Source: a virus
Virus record (IMG/VR): IMGVR_UViG_3300023273_000760
Coordinates: 1-64,000 of that record
Reading direction: 5' to 3' (one strand)
DNA: 64,000 nucleotides
A program made the translations under genes and the position numbers. This document shows, one piece after another, positions 57,432 to 64,000 of the stretch. The notes below the pieces were generated by a model. That model searched no databases and was not told the origin of the DNA. It saw nothing but the letters and a program-made list of their open reading frames with translations. Position 1 is the stretch's first letter; each line of letters begins with the position of its first letter.

Positions 57432-58389
57432 CTCTATGTGTATCCAGTGTTACGCAGTGAAATCCACCGCCAAGTGTTCTTTGATGTCTTGTTGGCAACA
57501 TAGCACAATCAATACCTTGTGCTTCAAGAACTTTACGTAGTGGCTCCTGATGTTTCTCAAGTGCTACTAACTTAGTATTTACACTAAACAAGTTCATATT
57601 AATCCATGTACTTGCATTACACCATTTAGGATAGTGACCGATATCAACAGGTTCAGGACACCATAATATATCCCAGTTTCTAAAAGGTTCTGGCAAATCG
57701 TCTTTACTTTTAATCCTACTTGGGTTAGCAAGTAATAATCCTTCACGTAAGAATGCTATAGTACTATCAATATGCATATAACTATAAACGTCTTGTAATA
57801 AATGCACTTTGGCTCTATCACCTAATGCATCTTGCAGTAGTGTTGCACCTAGTTTATTTCCGCTATTACTTACAAGATATAAAACGTGATCGTTAGCACG
57901 AATAACATTTGCGGCATCGAAAGCAGGTTCAAATTCGTTTAATGCAAGTATGTCTTTATTGCCAATGCAGTCAGTGTTATACAATGCACTTTCGTAATAA
58001 CAACGTATTTCTTTAGGATTATTTAAATGTTTTTCAAATGCTTTCCATTCGCCTTTTCTTGCACGAATAGGCATAGGTGTTGCAAGTGTTAAATCTCCAT
58101 GTACAAATACACTATCTCGAGGACAATAATTATAATAATTACAATCAGTAGCATCTGGCCGTACAACCTCAACTGATTCTCCTTTTAAAAAATCTACAAA
58201 AACTTCTAAATCTTCATTTGCTTCATCGATAACTTGTTGCGGATAAGAGCCTTTAATAATTTCTGTTTCGTCAGATTTATCTGCAAAGTTTACACAGCGT
58301 AAACTAATATCAATGTCATTTGGAATTTTAGCATTATCTGCAATTCCTACAATTACTTTACGAAGTTGTCCCCATTCGTTACTAGACAT
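57421..58389 (-). CDS. Amidinotransferase (glycine/inosamine-phosphate amidinotransferase family)
   Basis: NEWGQLRKVIVG, CPRD, FDAAN, MHIDST, GGGFHCVT: Asp-His-Cys triad motifs intact. Confidence 0.9.
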   Translation of the reverse strand: MSSNEWGQLRKVIVGIADNAKIPNDIDISLRCVNFADKSDETEIIKGSYPQQVIDEANEDLEVFVDFLKGESVEVVRPDATDCNYYNYCPRDSVFVHGDLTLATPMPIRARKGEWKAFEKHLNNPKEIRCYYESALYNTDCIGNKDILALNEFEPAFDAANVIRANDHVLYLVSNSGNKLGATLLQDALGDRAKVHLLQDVYSYMHIDSTIAFLREGLLLANPSRIKSKDDLPEPFRNWDILWCPEPVDIGHYPKWCNASTWINMNLFSVNTKLVALEKHQEPLRKVLEAQGIDCAMLPTRHQRTLGGGFHCVTLDTHRDVL

Positions 58390-59062
58390 ATGATTTACGT
58401 CCTTCCCAATGTTCTAAAATTAAATCTTCTAATTCAAGATTACTCATTCGAGAATTTTCGCCTTTTAATTGTTGAATAATTATTTCCATGTTAGAACACC
58501 AGTCTTTTGTTGATTGTTTTAAATGATATCCAAGACTTGGATAAATTGTATTTTCCACATAATCCATATGTTCTAGTACACTAGGGTGTGAGTCATCTTG
58601 ATATACGCATTTTGTTTTAGGAAATATATTATTTGAACCTGGCAAATGATTTGGAACACTTGTAATATGCCCATTAAAAATATCTTGTGTAAATTGTTTT
58701 ATATAAGCATTGCCTTGTAATATAGCAGTTTCGTTTCTTATGTCGTCGTTTTCTACACTCCAGTGTTTTTGTAGGTATTCGTTTGAATAATAATCACTGT
58801 TTAGTATGTTGCCTTCAGTAATCCATTTTTCGTCTTTAAGTAAATCAACTCTAGTCCAACTACTCCAAACTATACAAATAATATCTTCTGTCTGAAAACT
58901 ATGTTTGCGATTTGCTTCCACTAGTCTACAAGCAATGCCCTGATTCCCCATACCTGCTTTTCCATAGTTATGATTTTCACAGCCTAAATCTTTTGCAACA
59001 ATATCACTCCATGTAGGCCAAATGTATTCGGTATACGAGCAACCAAAAGTAAACAATCTCAT
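58382..59062 (-). CDS. SGNH-like hydrolase/acyltransferase
   Basis: FGCSYT, NYGKAGMGN, DSHPS. Confidence 0.6.
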   Translation of the reverse strand: MRLFTFGCSYTEYIWPTWSDIVAKDLGCENHNYGKAGMGNQGIACRLVEANRKHSFQTEDIICIVWSSWTRVDLLKDEKWITEGNILNSDYYSNEYLQKHWSVENDDIRNETAILQGNAYIKQFTQDIFNGHITSVPNHLPGSNNIFPKTKCVYQDDSHPSVLEHMDYVENTIYPSLGYHLKQSTKDWCSNMEIIIQQLKGENSRMSNLELEDLILEHWEGRKSYV

Positions 59063-59643
59063 TTAAAAACATCCATATCTGGCAGATACGGATAATCATC
59101 ACTACTCCATATTTTGCCTTTTTCTAAATCGTTAATTTTATCTAAACCAAGTTGTGCAGTTTCTGGAGTCATATAATAATGATATCCTACAAATTTAATA
59201 TTTTGTTCCGCCCAAGGTTTGTCGTCTGTTCGTCCATCATATGCCATTTGTTTTAGAATATTATAATCTCTCTCACTAGGACAAAGTATTGCACCGCCTC
59301 TGCCTAAACTTAATGCTTTTTTATATTGAAAACTTAAACACATAAACATATTATTAATGTATGAGTGTCTTTCAAACATTGTAGCCGCATCGATTATTCT
59401 TGTATTACCTAGAGGATAAGATCTAGTCCATTCAATGTCTTGAAATTCCCAATCAAGGCCGAGTTTTTCTAAGGTAAAGGGTATGCTAATATATGTCCTA
59501 CTTGGAACAGTAATTTTAGTTTGTGGCTGTAAGTATCTTAGGCTCAACTCAATAGCATGAGTGCAACTATCTACAGCAACAGCATAAGGAGAACCATAGT
59601 ACTCTGCTATTGCTTTTTCAAATTTATTGACGGTTTCAAACAT
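59059..59643 (-). CDS. DegT/DnrJ/EryC1/StrS-family PLP aminotransferase, short form
   Basis: AVDSCTHAIELSL, IIDAA, SFQYKKALSLGRGGAIL, GYHYYM; start at ATG 59643. Confidence 0.85.
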   Translation of the reverse strand: MFETVNKFEKAIAEYYGSPYAVAVDSCTHAIELSLRYLQPQTKITVPSRTYISIPFTLEKLGLDWEFQDIEWTRSYPLGNTRIIDAATMFERHSYINNMFMCLSFQYKKALSLGRGGAILCPSERDYNILKQMAYDGRTDDKPWAEQNIKFVGYHYYMTPETAQLGLDKINDLEKGKIWSSDDYPYLPDMDVFK

Positions 59644-59648
59644 ACACA

Positions 59649-59673
59649 TATTTATATACGCAGATAATAAGTA
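59649..59673. promoter_or_regulatory. Divergent late promoter boxes
   Basis: TATAAATA (-, 59649-59656) and AATAAGTA (+, 59666-59673), each 5 nt from a start codon. Confidence 0.65.
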
Positions 59674-59678
59674 TAAGT

Positions 59679-60626
59679 GTGAGTGAAATGAGTTATAACA
59701 ACATCGTTATGTGGTCAAAGCATTGGAGTCTAACCAACTTCTTGAAGACTATTGACAATAATCCAAATTCTAATATTGTAATATTAGGTGCAGAAGAATT
59801 TAGTATGTTAGGTTGGGAAAATTATCCTAATCAAAAAAAAGTTAATAAGCATATTAAAGGAAAGAATGTTCATTTTGTTGCAGGACATTTTGGAGGCAAC
59901 AATAACTTTTGGCCTAAGTATGGAAATTTGATTGTTTGGAAAAGTTTTTGGCCGGCAAACACAGTTTACGAATTTAACAAATTTAATCATTCAATTTCTA
60001 ATAAAGATATATCAATTCCATTTATTAGTATGAACAACCAACCTTGGCAACATCGTTGTCTAATGATGGATACACTTGCAAAACATAACTTAATTGATAA
60101 GGGTAGTATTAGTTGGAATAATCTTATTAATGATTATGATTGGAAGTATTGGAAACAAGAACGATTAATTATTGATAAAGAGTATGCTAGTACAACTGCT
60201 CAATACAGTACGTTGCCAAATGATTATAATTTTAGTTTAGTAAGTCTAGTTAATGAATCAACAATGGAAACAATGTTTCCTACAGAAAAGACTTACGCTC
60301 CTATATATTATAAGAAACCATTTTTGGTTTTTAGTGTACAAAACTATCACAAGATGTTAAGTGAAGAATTTGGATTTGAAATGTATGATGAATTATTTGA
60401 TTATAGTTTTGATTCAGAGCCAAATCAAGAAAAACGTGCAGATATGATTGCAATTCAAATTAGAAATTTAGTTAATCAAAACTATAACGATCTTTATAAA
60501 AAGGTTGCACAAAAAGTAGAAAGAAACTATAATAAACTAATAGATATTAGTTTAGATAAAAGTCGTGTTCCAAAAATTGTATTGGAATGCGGTGCGTATA
60601 AAAAATTAATTGAGGTTATGAAATGA
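59679..60626 (+). CDS. Putative glycosyltransferase (GT10-like C-terminal motif)
   Basis: LVNEST...FPTEKTY...KKPFLVF...GFEMYDELFDYSFD. Confidence 0.5.
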   Translation: MSEMSYNNIVMWSKHWSLTNFLKTIDNNPNSNIVILGAEEFSMLGWENYPNQKKVNKHIKGKNVHFVAGHFGGNNNFWPKYGNLIVWKSFWPANTVYEFNKFNHSISNKDISIPFISMNNQPWQHRCLMMDTLAKHNLIDKGSISWNNLINDYDWKYWKQERLIIDKEYASTTAQYSTLPNDYNFSLVSLVNESTMETMFPTEKTYAPIYYKKPFLVFSVQNYHKMLSEEFGFEMYDELFDYSFDSEPNQEKRADMIAIQIRNLVNQNYNDLYKKVAQKVERNYNKLIDISLDKSRVPKIVLECGAYKKLIEVMK

Positions 60627-61816
60627 GTATTATTGGATATATTGGTGTAGGTAAATTAGGTGTACCCTGTGCTGAGGAAATTGTTAAGAAAGGTCATAAA
60701 GTAAATGGATATGACATTTCGCCAATTGTTTCTGATTTAATTAATCAGAAAGACACTATTGAAGAAACTGTTAAAGATGCTGATATTGTATTTGTTGCTG
60801 TTCCAACACCTCACGATCCTGCATATGATGGGAAACGTCCGACAAGTCATTTAGAACCTAAGGATTTTAATTACGACATTGTTAATACAGTATTAGAAGA
60901 GGCAAACAAATATATGAATAAAAAACAGTTGCTTGTTTTAATATCAACTGTATTACCTGGAACAACACGTAGAGAATTTGTACAACGTGTAACTAATACT
61001 AGATTTGTTTATAATCCTTACTTAATTGCAATGGGTACTGTAGGTTGGGATATGATTAATCCCGAGATGATTATGATCGGTACTGACGACGGTAGTGAAA
61101 CTGGCGATGCAAAACAGTTACGTGATTTTTATGATACCATAATGGAAAATAATCCTCGTTATGTAATTGGAACATATGATGAGTGCGAATGTATCAAAGT
61201 ATTTTATAACACATTTATTTCAACAAAACTAAGTCTTGTTAATATGATTCAAGATGTAGCCGAACGTCAAGGAAATATTAATGTTGACGTAGTTACTAAA
61301 GCACTTGCTGAATCAACAATGCGTATTATGAGTGATCGTTATATGACAGCCGGCATGGGAGATGGCGGAAGTTGCCATCCAAGAGATAACATCGCTTTAC
61401 GTTTTATGGCAAAAGAACTTAATCTTGATTATGATATATTTGATAGCATTATGACAGCAAGAGAAGTGCAAGCAAAGAACCTTGCTAAATTTGTTGTTAA
61501 AACAAAAGAGAAATATGGTGGAAGTATTTTGTTAAATGGAGTTTCTTACAAACCGGGTGTTTCTTATACTGACGGAAGTTATGCATTATTAGTAGATTAC
61601 TACATTCGAGAACTGGGTGAATCGGCAATTTACATTGATCCGTTAGTATCTGAAATCCCAAGTAGTGCATACAATCCTACTGGAGTAATTTTATTGTGCC
61701 ATCCAGAACCATATGTAGAGTATGGAACAGATTCTGTGTTTATCGACCCTTGGAGACAAATGAAACCTGACTCTAACTATATGGTTATTCATTACGGGAA
61801 TACAAGAAAGAAATGA
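60623..61816 (+). CDS. ugd: UDP-glucose/GDP-mannose dehydrogenase family protein
   Basis: GYIGVGKLG, VAVPTP, STVLPGT, IKVFYN, GGSCHPRD, SYKP. Confidence 0.9.
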   Translation: MSIIGYIGVGKLGVPCAEEIVKKGHKVNGYDISPIVSDLINQKDTIEETVKDADIVFVAVPTPHDPAYDGKRPTSHLEPKDFNYDIVNTVLEEANKYMNKKQLLVLISTVLPGTTRREFVQRVTNTRFVYNPYLIAMGTVGWDMINPEMIMIGTDDGSETGDAKQLRDFYDTIMENNPRYVIGTYDECECIKVFYNTFISTKLSLVNMIQDVAERQGNINVDVVTKALAESTMRIMSDRYMTAGMGDGGSCHPRDNIALRFMAKELNLDYDIFDSIMTAREVQAKNLAKFVVKTKEKYGGSILLNGVSYKPGVSYTDGSYALLVDYYIRELGESAIYIDPLVSEIPSSAYNPTGVILLCHPEPYVEYGTDSVFIDPWRQMKPDSNYMVIHYGNTRKK

Positions 61817-62634
61817 TTTATTCAAAGTCTAAACCTTTATTATATTTTGAGGAAGTTGCAGGAAAGTCATTACATTGGTATTGCGGAGATGATTCTGAAA
61901 ACTATGTAATACATAATAAACCAGATTGGAAATATTATTCTACTGCTGACAAGTTAGATTACACTTTTAATAGTTTAGGTTATAGAACTAAAGAGTTAGA
62001 CAAATTAGATAATGACTATATTCTTGTTTTTGGATGTAGTTATACTGAAGGCGTTGGGTTATTTGAAAACGAACTATGGTGTAATATATTAGGTAAAGAT
62101 TTAAACATTGACGTTGTTAACTTAGCCAAAGCAGGTACTGGACCTGACATTATTAATATTAACACACAATTATTTGTTAAAAATAAATTTGTTAAACCTC
62201 GTGCAGTTGTAATACAATGGCCACAAGCATCAAGAAAAAGTTTTGGTTATATAGAACGTGAAGGACTATTTAAAAAAGCAATTAGATTAGAAGATAGAAA
62301 TATTCAATGGTCTAATGTTTTAGACGAACCGGCTGACACTTACGAAATGTTAGATTCTCAGTGGTATTTTAAACGTTGGGCGTTAGAAGACGGTCAAATG
62401 TTATTTGAAAATAGTTTACATATTAATAGTGTAAACAACTTATGGAACGCACTAGGCGTTCCAGTCTTTCATTGGACCTTCCAAGGAGACTTTGCTACTT
62501 CTTATGATAAGGATATGTTTGCTAAACTTAATTTAAAAAATGAAGATAGAGCCAGAGACAATGCACATGACGGTCCGTTGATTCATCAGGAAGTAGTAGA
62601 TAAAATTAGGGATAACGTAAGATGTATGATATAG
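61813..62634 (+). CDS. SGNH-like hydrolase/acyltransferase
   Basis: NSLGYR, FGCSYTEG, NLAKAG, RDNAHDG. Confidence 0.6.
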   Translation: MIYSKSKPLLYFEEVAGKSLHWYCGDDSENYVIHNKPDWKYYSTADKLDYTFNSLGYRTKELDKLDNDYILVFGCSYTEGVGLFENELWCNILGKDLNIDVVNLAKAGTGPDIININTQLFVKNKFVKPRAVVIQWPQASRKSFGYIEREGLFKKAIRLEDRNIQWSNVLDEPADTYEMLDSQWYFKRWALEDGQMLFENSLHINSVNNLWNALGVPVFHWTFQGDFATSYDKDMFAKLNLKNEDRARDNAHDGPLIHQEVVDKIRDNVRCMI

Positions 62635-63308
62635 TTTTTATTAGTTATGGTGAGCCTCATGCTGATCAGAACTTTGAATTTTTAAAAAGTAAATTTCCAA
62701 TGGCAAAGCGTGTAAAAGATATAGAAGGAATACATCAAGCACATATACTTGCGGCAAAGAAATGTTTTACTAAAATGTTTTGGGTAGTGGATGGCGATGC
62801 AGTATTGCAAAACGATTTTAATTTTGATTACGAGGTTTCCGAGTGGGATTTAGAAACAGTTCATGTATGGAGAAGTCTAAATCCTGTAAACAACTTGGAA
62901 TATGGATACGGTGGGGTTAAACTTCTCCCTAGATCACTCACACTGAACATGGACACCACCGTACCCGACATGACAACAAGTATTAGTAGTAAGTTTAAAG
63001 CAATGCCTGAAATAAGCAACATGACTGTTTTTGACACCGACGAGTTTGCAACTTGGAAGAGTGCGTTTAGAGAATGTGCAAAATTAGCAAGTAGATCTAT
63101 TAAAGGCCAAGTAGATGAAGAAACAGAAAAGCGTTTAGAAACTTGGTGTACTGTAGGAAACGGACAATACGGCAAATATGCTATTCATGGTGCTCTAATA
63201 GGAAAACATTGGGGAGAACAATATAAAGATGACAAAGAAATGTTATATAAAATTAATGATTTTAAATGGTTAAAAGAACAATTTAATGACTATAGCGATT
63301 CCATTTAA
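62622..63308 (+). CDS. Glycosyltransferase-like protein, paralog of 53324-54223
   Basis: DIVFISYGEP, AHILAA, WVVDGD, YGYGGVKL, WKSAFRECAK. Confidence 0.6.
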   Translation: MYDIVFISYGEPHADQNFEFLKSKFPMAKRVKDIEGIHQAHILAAKKCFTKMFWVVDGDAVLQNDFNFDYEVSEWDLETVHVWRSLNPVNNLEYGYGGVKLLPRSLTLNMDTTVPDMTTSISSKFKAMPEISNMTVFDTDEFATWKSAFRECAKLASRSIKGQVDEETEKRLETWCTVGNGQYGKYAIHGALIGKHWGEQYKDDKEMLYKINDFKWLKEQFNDYSDSI

Positions 63309-64000
63309 AGATATTAACAAGTTCGGTCAACGCACAATGTTAGACACACAGTTGTTTAATGTTAGTTGGATACTTGGACGTTTTTGTAATTACAAATGTA
63401 GTTACTGCTGGCCATATGCTAATACAGATAAACCTGATCATCAAGACTTAACCGTTTATAAAAATACTATTGATGAAATAAAACGTCAAGCACGAGAAAA
63501 TGGATTCACTGATTTTCATTTTAGTTTTAGCGGAGGAGAACCTACTGCCTATAAATACTTTGGGGAGATTATAGATCATTACTGTAGTGATACAGTACCT
63601 GAATATCAAAGTATACACATGACTACAAATTTGTCACCGGGCAGTAAGTGGTGGAATACTTTTATAAAGAATACTAAGAGTTTACAACGTCGAAGTGTTA
63701 CAGCAAGTTTCCATGCAGAGTTTGCTAATGAACAAGAGTTTGGAGATAAATGTCTTCAATTAATGAAGGACGGAGTATATGTTACAATTAATCAAGTTAT
63801 GGTTCCAGAGCAGTTTGACGAGTATCTTGAAAGATGTCAAAGATTTGCCGACAGAGGAATCAATGTTACGGTTAAGCCGCAATCAGATCCTACTGCGTCA
63901 TTTGTGGTCAATAGTTACACGGAAGAACAGTTAAAAATTATGCAACAAGGATTTCCACAACATATACAAGATGAGGAAGTCTATCAGATTAAATTAACAG
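63286..64000 (+). CDS. Radical SAM protein (partial, runs off window; not in ORF track)
   Basis: Manual translation MTIAIPFKD...WILGRFCNYKCSYCWP...FSFSGGEPT. Confidence 0.88.
   Translation, partial: MTIAIPFKDINKFGQRTMLDTQLFNVSWILGRFCNYKCSYCWPYANTDKPDHQDLTVYKNTIDEIKRQARENGFTDFHFSFSGGEPTAYKYFGEIIDHYCSDTVPEYQSIHMTTNLSPGSKWWNTFIKNTKSLQRRSVTASFHAEFANEQEFGDKCLQLMKDGVYVTINQVMVPEQFDEYLERCQRFADRGINVTVKPQSDPTASFVVNSYTEEQLKIMQQGFPQHIQDEEVYQIKLT

Noticed and set aside
289-64000. Alternative genetic code
   Set aside because: Long ORFs tile the window under the standard code, and TAA, TAG and TGA all act as stops.

Overview
The whole window is an AT-rich segment of a large T4-like (gp20/21/22/23/46/47/55-encoding) myovirus; no tRNA, rRNA, CRISPR array or transposase was seen. 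Order: a minus-strand head operon (tape-measure-like gene, portal, Maf/sialyltransferase-like gene, acidic core protein, protease, scaffold, major capsid); gp26/gp51-like hub chaperones joined by a -1 slippery site; two putative internal head proteins; a ~460-nt structured non-coding element directly behind a minimal GIY-YIG nuclease; gp46/gp47/gp55; a plus-strand baseplate and fibre module including a 4962-aa protein; and a >13-kb glycan-modification island (glycosyltransferases, radical SAM, 2OG oxygenases, amidinotransferase, DegT/StrS aminotransferase, SGNH proteins, NDP-sugar dehydrogenase). The best candidates for undescribed biology are (1) the GIY-YIG plus large structured RNA locus, (2) a late-expressed amino/amidino-sugar pathway, (3) the gp26-gp51 programmed frameshift, and (4) recurrent leaderless late genes. 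All protein calls come from motif recognition and synteny; no database search was run.
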